In this document: positions 43,441 to 53,052 of the stretch, one piece after another
Layout of the letters: every line of letters starts with the position of its first letter
Numbering within the stretch: position 1 is the stretch's first letter
Source: an uncultured Acidobacteriota bacterium
Lineage (GTDB): Bacteria > Acidobacteriota > Vicinamibacteria > Vicinamibacterales > CAVVIG01
Direction of reading: 5' to 3'
NCBI GenBank assembly: GCA_963711795.1
Contig: CAVQFD010000004.1
Location: 395,873 to 459,872, forward strand
DNA length: 64,000 bases
Notes under the pieces: model-generated
Database searches by the model: none
What the model saw: the letters and a program-made list of their open reading frames with translations, nothing else
Told to the model about the DNA's origin: nothing
Translations under genes and position numbers: made by a program

Positions 43441-44932
43441 AGTCCCAAGTCCTCCGATACAGAGGTATTTGATTTCGAGGAAGTCCTCGATGCCGTACTT
43501 CGATCCCTCGCGGCCGATGCCCGACTCTTTCATGCCGCCGAAGGGCGCGACCTCGGTCGAGATGAGCCCCGTGTTGACGCCGACGATCCCGTACTCGAGC
43601 GCTTCGGCGACGCGCCAGACGCGGCCGATGTCGCGTCCGTAGAAGTACGCGGCCAGCCCGAACTCGGTGCCGTTGGCGAGCTCGATCGCCTCGGCCTCGG
43701 TGTCGAACCTGAAGAGCGGCGCGACCGGGCCGAAGGTTTCTTCGCGCGCAACGATCATGTCGGGCGTCACGCCCGTCAGGACGGTCGGCGTGAAGAACCG
43801 CCCGCCCAGCGGATGTCGCTGCGCCGCCTGTCATGATCGTCGCGCCTTTCGACACGGCGTCCTTGATGTGCGCTTCCACCTTCTCGACGGCGGCCATGTC
43901 GATGAGCGGACCCTGAGTGACTCCGGCGTCGAGGCCCGGCCCGACTTTCAGCTGCATCGACGGCCTGTGCAAGCCGCCTGGCGAACTCGTCGTAGACCGA
44001 CGACTGCACGAGAAGCCGGTTGGCGCACACGCAGGTCTGCCCGGTGTTGCGGTACTTCGAGAGCATCGCGCCTTCCACCGCCGCATCGAGATCCGCATCG
44101 TCGAACACGATGAACGGCGCGTTGCCGCCGAGCTCGAGCGACACCTTCTTGACGGTTGCCGGCGCACTGCGCCATCAGCGTGCTTGCCGACCTCGGTCGA
44201 GCCGGTGAACGAGATCTTGCGGACCAGCGGGATTCGACGTCAGCTCGCCGCCGATCTCTGCTGCCGGTCCGGTCACGATATTGAGGACGCCAGGGGGCAG
44301 CCCGGCGCGTTCGGCCAGCGCGGCGAGCGCCAGCGCGGAGAACGGTGTCTGCGATGCCGGCTTGACGACCACCGTGCAGCCCGCGGCCAGCGCCGGTCCG
44401 ACCTTGCGCGTGATCATCGCGATGGGGAAGTTCCACGGCGTGATGCAGCCGACGACACCAATCGGCTCTTTCAGGACGACGATGCGCTTGTCGCGGGCGT
44501 GGGAGGGGATGACGTCGCCGTAGGTGCGACGGCCCTCCTCGGCGAACCAGTCGATGAACGCGGCGCCGTATGCGACCTCGCCCCGCGACTCGGCGAGCGG
44601 CTTGCCCTGCTCGAGCGTCATCAGGACGGCGAGGTCTTCCTGGTTGGCGAGGATCAGCTCGAACCAGCGCCGCAGGAGGATCGCCCGTTCCTTCGCCGTC
44701 AGGTGCCGCCACGTCGGGAACGCCGCGGCGGCGGCGTCGATCGCCCTGCGCGGTTTCGGCGCGTCCGAGCTTCGGCACCGAGCCGATCGTTTCGCCGGTG
44801 GCGGGGTTGTCCACCGGCGATGGCCGCGCCTCCGGAGGCTTCGATCCACTGGCCGTTGACGAAGCAGGCCTGCCGGAAGAGCTCCGGATCCCGGAGCCTC
44901 TCGCCGATCGAGCGGGCGGCGGAAGTAGGCAT
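43372..44932 (-). CDS. gabD: NAD(P)-dependent succinate-semialdehyde dehydrogenase (many frameshifts)
   Basis: [50 protein letters not shown]. Confidence 0.85.
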
Positions 44933-45016
44933 GCGGTGCATCGTACTACGCCTCCCAAACACCTTTCTGCGCACCGGTGAATGGGCTAGACTGGCGGCCA
45001 ATACTCGAGCTCTTGC

Positions 45017-45083
45017 GGTTCAAGGTTCAGGGTTCAAAGTTCAAGGTGCTGTTCGGGGTGCTGGGTTCTTGGTTCGGGGTTCG
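45017..45083. repeat. Heptamer array (GGTTCA family)
   Basis: ggttcaa ggttcag ggttcaa agttcaa ... ggttctt ggttcgg ggttcgc. Confidence 0.75.
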
Positions 45084-45086
45084 CTG

Positions 45087-45702
45087 ATGGCCAACAAGGT
45101 CGTGCTTGCCGCTCTTTCGGTGATGGTGCTTGCGGGGCCTGGGACGGCTCTCGGCGCAGGCGCCGGTGCACAAGATCGTCGTGGACAGCCCGGCGATGAA
45201 GACGGGCGAGATGATGGCGAAGGAGTTCACGCCGGACGGCCGGAACGTGTCGCCGCCGCTCACGTGGAGCAACCTGCCGCCCAACACCCGCCAGATTGCC
45301 GTTGTCTGCGAGGACTTCGATGCCGGCAACCCGCCGCCCTGGGTGCACTGGATCATCTACAAGATTCCACCAACGGCCACCGGGCTGCCGGCGAACCTGC
45401 CGATCGATCCCACGGCGCCGATGCCGCCGGCGTTGACAGGAGCCGTGCACGGCTACAACGGCTGGCGCCGCCCGATGTATCGCGGGCCTGCGCCGCCGGC
45501 GGGGAAGCCGCACCTTTATCACTTCGTCGTGTACGCGCTCGACGCCGCGCTCGACCTGCCGGCGCGGCTGACCAGGGCCGAGCTGCACGAGGCCATGAAG
45601 GGCCACATCATCGGCCAGGGAGAAATCGTGCCGGTCTACGAGCGCAAAGCCCTTCCCGCCGCCTGGCCAGGACTGACGGCGGCTCGAAATTTGGAATTGT
45701 GA
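45087..45702 (+). CDS. YbhB/YbcL (PEBP) family protein, secreted (frameshift near 45145)
   Basis: NVSPPLTW, DFDA, WVHW, YRGPAPP, H.Y.F.VYALD. Confidence 0.82.
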
Positions 45703-45783
45703 ATTGTGAATTGTGAATCCCGTGAGCCCTGAGCCCTAAGCCATGAGTCTGCCTGAAGCCCGGAGTCCGGAGCCTGGAGCCTG
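45688..45783. repeat. Compound heptamer arrays (AATTGTG and GAGCCCT types)
   Basis: aattgtg x3; gagccct gagccct aagccat gagtctg; aagcccg gagtccg gagcctg gagcctg. Confidence 0.75.
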
Positions 45784-45789
45784 AAGAAC

Positions 45790-46530
45790 ATGTCCGACGA
45801 ACAACCGCGCATCATCACGCGGCGTGATCTCCTCCGAGGGGTCGGTGTGGCGGCCGTGGCGGCGGCCGCGCCGGCCGCGGCGATCGATGGGACCGTGGTG
45901 CCTGGTACGGCCGCAGGCGAGGCGTTGCAGCAGAGCGCCACGAATGCCGCCAGGGCACGCGAGGCGTACGAGACGCTGACGGCCACCGAGGCCGACACGC
46001 TCGAGGCGATTGTCGCCCGCCTGATTCCGACCGACGCGAACGGTCCGGGCGCCACCGAGGCGCGGGCCGTTCACTACATCGATCGCGCGCTCGGCGGCGC
46101 GCTGTCCTCCTCACGCCAGGCGTACTCGGCCGGGTTCGCGGCTTTCGATCGCTATTGCCGGATGACGCGAGGGGCGCCGTTTGTCGAGCTGTCGGCGACC
46201 GACCAGGATTCCGTGCTCATCGACGTCGAAAGCGGATCGGCCACCGGCTCGGGTGCCGGGTTCGTGGGCAGCTCCGCGCAGTTCTTCGGCATGGTCCTGA
46301 ACCACACGAGGCAGGGCACCTTCGGCGATCCCTATTACGGCGGCAACGCCAACTACGTTGGCTGGGATCTCCTGGGTACCCGGGCGTACCGGACCAACGT
46401 GACCGCGGCCGATCAGCAGGCGATGGAGAAGGGCGCGCTCAAGCCCAACCACCGATCGGCGTACGAAAACGACATGTTCAACAAGGCCACCGCGCGAAAC
46501 GGTCACGGGGAGCACCAGCATGGCGACTAG
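45790..46530 (+). CDS. Gluconate 2-dehydrogenase subunit 3 family protein (Tat-exported)
   Basis: TRRDLL Tat motif; RLIP, PGATEA, YIDRAL, GTFGDPYYGGN. Confidence 0.88.
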   Translation: MSDEQPRIITRRDLLRGVGVAAVAAAAPAAAIDGTVVPGTAAGEALQQSATNAARAREAYETLTATEADTLEAIVARLIPTDANGPGATEARAVHYIDRALGGALSSSRQAYSAGFAAFDRYCRMTRGAPFVELSATDQDSVLIDVESGSATGSGAGFVGSSAQFFGMVLNHTRQGTFGDPYYGGNANYVGWDLLGTRAYRTNVTAADQQAMEKGALKPNHRSAYENDMFNKATARNGHGEHQHGD

Positions 46531-48227
46531 GCTCAAGGACACCGATGTCGTGGTCATCGGGCTCGGCGCCGCCGGCGGCGTCGCGGTGCTGCCGCTCACG
46601 CAGGCCGGCATCGAGGTCGTCGGCCTCGAGGCGGGCAACCGCCTCACGCGCCGGGATTTCGCACCCGACGAAATCCGCAACAACGTGCGCGACTGGCCGA
46701 TGGCCGTACAGAAGGCCAACGGGGAGGTGCCGACGTCGCGCGCGACCGCCTCGTCGCCGACGACCCGCGGCGCCGGGCATCCGATGATGAACGGCGTCGG
46801 CGGCACGACGTTGCACTACTGGGCGCAGAGCTGGCGGCTCAATCCCTGGGACTTCAAGGTGGTGAGCGAGACCAGGCGCCGCTACGGCGCCTCGCGCATT
46901 CCGAAGGGCTCCACGGTCGAGGACTGGCCGTTCGGTTACGAGGAGCTCGAGCAGTACTACGACAAGGTCGAGTACGAGGTCGGTGTCTCGGGGAACGCGG
47001 GCAACGTCAACGGCAAGATCGATTCGAAGGGCAACACGTTCGAGGGCCCTCGCAAGCGTCGCCTACCCGATGCCGGCGCTGCGCTGGACCGGCTTCCTCG
47101 AGAAGCTGGCCGGGTCGGCACGCTCGCTCGGGTGGAAGCCGTTTGCCGGTCCGGCGGCCATCAATACGCGGCCCTATCAGGGCCGGTCGTCCTGCATGTA
47201 CCACGGCTTCTGCAACCGCGGCGGCTGCCACGTCGATGCGAAGAACTCGACGGCCGTGACGACCATTCCGCGCGCCGAGGCAACGGGCAAGCTGAAGGTC
47301 GTGACGCGTGCCACGGTGACGACGATCGAGTCGGACGCGCAGGGGCGGGTGACGGGCGTGAACTACCTGGTCGACGGCACGGAGTACTTCCAGCCGGCGA
47401 AGGTCGTCCTGCTCGCGAGCTACACCTACGAAAACACGCGCCTGCTCCTGTTGTCGAAGGGCAAGGCGTACCCCAACGGCCTGTCGAACAATCACGGACA
47501 GGTGGGGCGCCACTACTTCAGCCACCATCAGGGAGCGGGAGTCACTGCGCTCTTTCCGTTCAATCTCCACTCGTGGTACGGCCTTCCCGCGCAGGGCGTG
47601 GCCGTGGACGAGTTCGCCGACGACAACTTCGATCACTCGGGCCTGGACTTCATCGGCGGCGGCAACCTCTGGGTCTACTCGGACCGGCGTCCGATCGGGG
47701 CAGCCGGCATGAATACCTTCGGACGGGCCCCCGCGTGGGGTTCGGAGTGGAAAGCGTTCATCAAGGAAAACGCCGATCGCTCGAGCAGCTCCTACATCCA
47801 GAAGACGACGTTGCCGTACGAGGACAACTACCTCGATCTCGATCCGCTCGTGAAGGATCCACTCGGGTTCCCTGTGTGCCGGATCACGGCCGAGTACAAG
47901 GAGAACGAGCGCGCGATTGCGGCCTATACGCAGGACAAGATGGAGCAGTGGTATCGCGAGGCCGGTGCGATCCAGATCCAGCGCGCGCCGCTCGGCGGCG
48001 CGATGGGCACCTCGACGCACGCCTATGGCGGCACGCGCATGGGCGACAACGCGGAAACCAACGTCGTGAACCGCTGGGGCTTCTCGCACGAAGCCCCCAA
48101 CCTCGGCGTGCTCGGCGCATCGGTGATGGGCACGAGCGGCGCGCGCAACCCGACGCTGACATCGCAGGCGCTCTCGTGGCGAACGGCCGAGTATCTGGCG
48201 AAGAACTGGAAATCGGTCGCGACGTAG
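46520..48227 (+). CDS. GMC oxidoreductase, gluconate 2-dehydrogenase flavoprotein-like (frameshift near 47062)
   Basis: IGLGAAGG FAD motif, VGGTTLHY, DWPFGYEELEQYY; second frame has HAYGGTRMG and NPTLT. Confidence 0.87.
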
Positions 48228-48292
48228 GAATTGGGTAATCGGGTAATTGGGTGATTGAGTAATCGGCGAATCGGGTAATTGGGTAATTGGTG
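48228..48292. repeat. Octamer array (AATTGGGT), about 8 units
   Basis: aattgggt aatcgggt aattgggt gattgagt aatcggcg aatcgggt aattgggt aattggtg. Confidence 0.8.
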
Positions 48293-48299
48293 AAACGGG

Positions 48300-48716
48300 A
48301 TGGACAGACGCCATTTGATTGGAACAGGCGTCGTGGGTGGCCTGGCGGGACTCCTCGCCGATCGGGCTGAGGCGGGCGAGGCCGCGCAGGGGCGCGGAGA
48401 CAGCGAGCAGCTGGCCGCGGCGGTCGATCGGCTGCGGGACGAGCTGCAGCGCCAGAATCAGTTCGTCGGGATCCAGGCGATCCGCGATGCGCAGCAGCTG
48501 TTTCTCCGGTCCAACGGCAAGCTGCCCGACTTCATCGAGGTCAGCCTCGAGCACTGGTTTGCGGTGCACGACTGGCACATCCGGTGGCAGCAACCCCTGA
48601 CGATCGGGCGCGACACCAACGGCCGCTACACGTTGCTCCTCATGCAGACCGTCGTCATCATGCGCCCCGACACGCTGCCGGCCTACATCGGGTTACCTTA
48701 CGACCAAAGGGCCTAG
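48300..48716 (+). CDS. Hypothetical protein with Tat-like signal
   Basis: MDRRHLI signal; coiled coil then KLPDFIEV...HDWH. Confidence 0.65.
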   Translation: MDRRHLIGTGVVGGLAGLLADRAEAGEAAQGRGDSEQLAAAVDRLRDELQRQNQFVGIQAIRDAQQLFLRSNGKLPDFIEVSLEHWFAVHDWHIRWQQPLTIGRDTNGRYTLLLMQTVVIMRPDTLPAYIGLPYDQRA

Positions 48717-48754
48717 GAATTGGGTAATTGGGTGGTTGGGTAATTGGGTAATTG
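48717..48754. repeat. Octamer array (AATTGGGT), 4-5 units
   Basis: aattgggt aattgggt ggttgggt aattgggt aattg. Confidence 0.8.
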
Positions 48755-48767
48755 CCTATAATGTAGG
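48755..48767 (+). promoter_or_regulatory. -10 box overlapped by an imperfect palindrome (possible PadR operator)
   Basis: CCTATAATGTAGG contains TATAAT 10 nt before the PadR ATG. Confidence 0.45.
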
Positions 48768-48772
48768 GCGAA

Positions 48773-49102
48773 ATGGCGGACGTGCTTGGGGCGTTCGAGC
48801 AGGCGGTGCTGCTGGCGATGGTTCGCCTGGGCGAGGCGGCCTACGGCCGGGCGATCCTGAAGGATGTCGAGGAGCACCTGCTGCGGCCGGTGGCGCCGGG
48901 CGCCGTGCACGCCACGCTGACGAGGCTCGAGGCCAGAGGCCTCGTCGCATCGCGCCTCGACGCGGCTTCCCAGGACCATGCCGGACGCGCGCGGCGCTAC
49001 TACCGCCTGCTGCCCAAGGGCGTGCACTCGCTCAACGATGCGCGCGCCGCGGTCAACTACCTCTGGCAGGGCATCAAGTGGCCCCTCAAGGGCCGTGCCT
49101 GA
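48773..49102 (+). CDS. PadR family transcriptional regulator
   Basis: LGAFEQAVLLA, AYG, TLTRLEARGLV, GRARRYY. Confidence 0.9.
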   Translation: MADVLGAFEQAVLLAMVRLGEAAYGRAILKDVEEHLLRPVAPGAVHATLTRLEARGLVASRLDAASQDHAGRARRYYRLLPKGVHSLNDARAAVNYLWQGIKWPLKGRA

Positions 49103-49251
49103 GGTTGCGCACAAGCGCGCCGGTTCGAGTCAAACCCCTGCCGGTTCGTGTCTAAACCCTTGATATCGAAGGGCTGTCCCGTTACCATTCCAGCGTTACA
49201 CCGGCAGGCGGTTGAACAGATTGACCCGGGCCCAGTTGCAGTGAGGTGCCT

Positions 49252-50255
49252 ATGAGCGGTCGGACGAGCGGCGCCGCAGTTCTCGCCTCAGGATTCCTGA
49301 TGCTCGCCGCGGCGGGCGCTCTGGATGCGCAGGGAGCCCGGCCAGCAGGCCGGAAGCCGGAAGCGCTGTGCCGCGCACCTCTGATGGCCGTCCCGATCTG
49401 CACGGTGTCTGGGCCTACGGCACGCTCACGCCGCTCGAGCGTCCCGACGCTGTAGCGGGCAAGGCGGAATTCACCCCTGAAGAAGCTGAGACGTTCCAGC
49501 AGCAGGCGCGCGAGAGCCGCAATCAGGACCGCCGGGACGGCGCGGGCACCAACGCCGACGTGTCGCGCGCGTACAACGACTTCTGGTGGGACTTCGGCAG
49601 GAACGTGTCGGGTCAGCAGACCTCGCTCGTCATCGATCCTCCGGACGGGCGCATCCCTGCGCTGACGCCGGAGGCGCAGCAGCGCGCGAGCGCGCTGGCC
49701 GAAGCGCGGGCCCGCCGCACCACCGCAGCCGATAACCCCGAAGACCGGAGCCTGTGGGAGCGCTGCATCACGCGGCAGCTGCCGACGCTGCCCGGTCCGT
49801 ACAACAACAACATCGAGATCGTGCAGACGCGCGACTACGTCGTGATCGTCAACGAGATGATCCACGAGGCGCGAATCATCCCGCTCGACAACCGTCCGGC
49901 CGGTTCGTTGGCCCGGTGGCACGGCAACTCCCGCGGCCGGTGGGAGGGCGACACGCTGGTCGTCGAGACCGCGAAGTTCACCAACAAGACCAGCTACAGG
50001 GGCTCAACCGAGGGTCTGAAACTTGTCGAGCGGTATCAGCGCGTTGACGCACGCACGCTGCTGTACCAAGTCACCGTGAACGATCCGGCCACGTGGACGC
50101 GGCCGTGGACGGCGCAGATTCCGATGTCGCCGAACCCCGAGGGCGTGTTCGAGTACGCGTGCCACGAGGGGAATCACGGGCTGCAGGGGATCCTCAAGGG
50201 GTCCCGGCTCGACGACAAGTTGAAGGCCGAAGGAAAAACGGGAACGCGTCCGTAG
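49252..50255 (+). CDS. Uncharacterised secreted protein, PDLxG...EYACHExN family (copy 2; frameshift near 49345)
   Basis: PRTSDGRPDLHG, YNDFWW, ERC, EMIHEAR, WEGDTLVVET, FEYACHEGN. Confidence 0.78.
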
Positions 50256-50281
50256 GGACGCGCGAATACAGGAGAGTCATC

Positions 50282-51709
50282 ATGTTACAACGCGTGATTG
50301 CCGGGCTCGGGTGCGTGGCGGCTGTCGTGCTGGCGCTGCCCGCATCGGCGCAGACGCCGACGTATAACAAGGACGTCGCGCCGATCCTGTTCCGAAGCTG
50401 CGCCGAGTGCCACAGGCCAAATCAGATCGCGCCGATGGCGCTCCTGTCGTATCAGGACGCCCGGCCGTGGGCGCGCGCCATCAAGGCCAAAGTCCAATCG
50501 CGCGAGATGCCGCCCTGGTTTGCCGACCCACAGTTCGGGAAATTCAAGAACGATCGCAGCCTGACCGACGCCGAAATCAAGACGCTTGTGGCGTGGGCGG
50601 ACGCGGGTGCGCCGCAGGGCACGGGTACGGCCCCGGCCGCGCCGAAGTACGCCGAGGCCGGCTGGAGCCATCCGTCCGGACAGGCGCCGGATCTCATCAT
50701 CGAGTTCCCGATCGCGTGGCAGGTCGATGCCCAGGGCGAGATGCCGAACTTCAACCTCTACACGCCGCTGCCGTTCAGCGAAGCTCGATACGTCTCGGCG
50801 ACGCAAGTGCTACCTGGTAACGTCGAGGCCACGCATCACATCACGACGAACGTGCAGAACATGCCCCGGGGTACGAGGCTGGGCACCGGTCCCGCGTGGC
50901 CCGGCGGTCCGGTGAACCCCTACGTTCCGGTGGCGGCCGAGAAGGGTGTGACCGTCGAGAACACGGGCGACCTCGCGGTGGCCGAAGACGAGGACGATGG
51001 CGGCGGGTTTGGCGCCTACATTCCCGGAGCCGGCGCGCGCGTGTCGCGTCCTGGTCAGGCCAGACTGATCCGGGCCGATCGGTTCAAGTACGTCCGCTGG
51101 AACCTGCACTACCAGGCGACCGGCAAGCCCGAGACCGCGCAGCCAGCCATCGGCGTCTGGTGGAAGCCGGCCGGCGAGATCACCAGCGTGGAGCAGAGCA
51201 TGCGGATGGTCGAGCAGACCTCTGAAGGCCAGCCGGTGCTTCTCGGCTCGCGCCAGCGGCTCAGCACGGGTTCCGGCACCGGCGTCAACCCGATGCTCGC
51301 GCCCATTCCTCCCCGCGACGGCAGCTGGACGGTCACGGGTGTGGCGCCCTTCCTGGAAGACGTCACGCTCTACGGATTCACCCTGCACATGCACTTGAGG
51401 GGCAAGGATGTCACCTACCTCCTGACCCGCCCGGATGGCAGCGAAGAGGTCATGCTGCGCGTGCCCAACTACGACTTCAACTGGCAGTTCCCGTACGAGC
51501 TGGCGCAGCCGGTGAAGGTGCCCGCGGGCAGCACGATGAAGGCAATCGCGCGGTACGACAACTCGTCGAAGAACCGGATGAACCCGTCGCCGGACAAGGA
51601 AGTGTACTGGTCCGAGCAGAGCTGGGACGACATGTTCCTCACGAGCGTGCGCTTCTCGGTGGACAAGCTCGAGAAGAAACCGCAGGCGACGTCGCAAGGC
51701 CAGCCCTGA
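50282..51709 (+). CDS. Heme c-fused copper type II monooxygenase-like (PHM/DBH-fold) protein
   Basis: Signal peptide; CAECH...MPPW; THH, NLHY, HMHLRG, YDFNWQ, WDDM. Confidence 0.75.
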   Translation: MLQRVIAGLGCVAAVVLALPASAQTPTYNKDVAPILFRSCAECHRPNQIAPMALLSYQDARPWARAIKAKVQSREMPPWFADPQFGKFKNDRSLTDAEIKTLVAWADAGAPQGTGTAPAAPKYAEAGWSHPSGQAPDLIIEFPIAWQVDAQGEMPNFNLYTPLPFSEARYVSATQVLPGNVEATHHITTNVQNMPRGTRLGTGPAWPGGPVNPYVPVAAEKGVTVENTGDLAVAEDEDDGGGFGAYIPGAGARVSRPGQARLIRADRFKYVRWNLHYQATGKPETAQPAIGVWWKPAGEITSVEQSMRMVEQTSEGQPVLLGSRQRLSTGSGTGVNPMLAPIPPRDGSWTVTGVAPFLEDVTLYGFTLHMHLRGKDVTYLLTRPDGSEEVMLRVPNYDFNWQFPYELAQPVKVPAGSTMKAIARYDNSSKNRMNPSPDKEVYWSEQSWDDMFLTSVRFSVDKLEKKPQATSQGQP

Positions 51710-51716
51710 CGTCGTG

Positions 51717-52196
51717 ATGACGAAACGCTCGCTTCTACCCGCTGCGGCGGTGGCCATGGCCCTTGCGGGGCCGTGGCCTGCCGTCGCACAACGTCAATCG
51801 CGACCTCCAGCCGAACCTCCCAAGGCGCCGATCGTCCAGGCGGTGGGGTGCGCCGAACAACGCCCGGGTAGCCCCGCCACATGGTGGCTGGCCCGTGCGT
51901 CCAATGCAGACACAGTGACGCCAGGTCCCTTGAGTGTTGGTCAGGTCGAAAAGGCCAAGGGCGCAACGCTTGGCACCAACACATTCAGGCTGATCGGTGA
52001 GACCGACTTTCTCACGCCGGAAGAACTGCTGAAGGCAGGGGACCGCGCCCGCTTCACCAATGCCGAGACCGCCAACGCCTCCGGGCAGCTCCGCGCCGGG
52101 CGCAAGATCCTGGTGAAGGGGCTCCTCGTGGATGTCTCCGGCGAGCCGCGCATCAACCTGATGTCGGTGGTCAGTATCGCGGACGCTTGCAGCTAG
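51717..52196 (+). CDS. Secreted hypothetical protein
   Basis: Signal peptide; VGC near the N-terminus and a terminal Cys (possible disulfide); follows the upstream gene closely. Confidence 0.65.
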   Translation: MTKRSLLPAAAVAMALAGPWPAVAQRQSRPPAEPPKAPIVQAVGCAEQRPGSPATWWLARASNADTVTPGPLSVGQVEKAKGATLGTNTFRLIGETDFLTPEELLKAGDRARFTNAETANASGQLRAGRKILVKGLLVDVSGEPRINLMSVVSIADACS

Positions 52197-52199
52197 ACA

Positions 52200-52320
52200 G
52201 TCCCTGGTTCTTGGGCCTTCGTCCTTGGGCGGGCCTTTGTCCTTGGTGCCTGGTGCGTTGTCGCGAGGTCCACCACGGCGTAATCTGAAACCAAGGACGA
52301 AGCCCTAAGGACCAAGGACT
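52200..52320. repeat. Inverted pair of CCAAGGA-family arrays between convergent genes
   Basis: ccttcgtccttgg ... ccaaggacgaag; also taaggaccaaggact. Confidence 0.7.
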
Positions 52321-52332
52321 ACGCGGTTCCAC

Positions 52333-53034
52333 CTACCCCTTGGCGCCTTCCCGCCTCCACCAGATCGTTCCGTAATTCGCAAACGGCCCGCCGTCGACCG
52401 AGATCTGCATCCGGAGCCGGTAGTTCTCGGGCGAGGCGAAGAACGACGTGCCTTTGAGGCGGACCTTGCGGCCGCCCTTCATCGTGATCTGGGGCGCCTC
52501 CCAGTGGTGCGAAAAGTACCCACCCGCATCGCCGCCGACTGCGCCGGTCTTGAGGAGCTCGAATCCCCGGCTGTCGCGCTCCTGGCGCACCATGTAGGTG
52601 GCCCGGCGGTCGTACACCGTGACGGACGTGATCGTGACGGCCTGATCAGGGCGCTTGATCTTCGCAGTCGATTCATAAGTGCAGTGGTCGGCGTAGCGCA
52701 CCGTTTCGGTGCCGACGAAGTCGCCGGCCGGGCCGAGCGGGGATTCGGGAAGCGTTCCCTCGATCGTCCAGGTGCCCAGCAGATAGTTCGGGTTGAACCG
52801 GGGCTGATCGTCGCCCTCACCGGCAGTCTCCACGCCGAGCGTCGGACGCTTCAGCGCCTGGAGTCGGCTCATCAGCGTGAGCTCCTGCTTCGTGAGGCAC
52901 TCACCAGGGACGACCGTCTCGCCCGACTCCAGACGCACCGCAGGCTCCTTGGGTGCAGCGGCCGGTGGCTGTTGTGCCGCTAACACAGGCAAGAGACCCA
53001 CCGCGACTGCGAACGCGCCGACGTATCTGATCAT
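52333..53034 (-). CDS. Secreted hypothetical beta-rich protein
   Basis: Signal peptide; LLGTW lipocalin-like motif; ISVDGG; GAAGGAGG RBS. Confidence 0.6.
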   Translation of the reverse strand: MIRYVGAFAVAVGLLPVLAAQQPPAAAPKEPAVRLESGETVVPGECLTKQELTLMSRLQALKRPTLGVETAGEGDDQPRFNPNYLLGTWTIEGTLPESPLGPAGDFVGTETVRYADHCTYESTAKIKRPDQAVTITSVTVYDRRATYMVRQERDSRGFELLKTGAVGGDAGGYFSHHWEAPQITMKGGRKVRLKGTSFFASPENYRLRMQISVDGGPFANYGTIWWRREGAKG

Positions 53035-53052
53035 CGAGCCTCCTTCGATCGC

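Noticed and set aside
46370..46392. Unusual LLGTRAYRT motif in the gluconate dehydrogenase subunit 3
   Set aside because: The adjacent frame reads the expected GYPGV, consistent with two compensating indels
48228..48754. CRISPR array
   Set aside because: Units are 8 nt in tandem with no unique spacers, and no cas genes are present
49119..49135. tRNA fragment (GGTTCGAGTC resembles a T-loop)
   Set aside because: No closing T-stem, acceptor stem or cloverleaf
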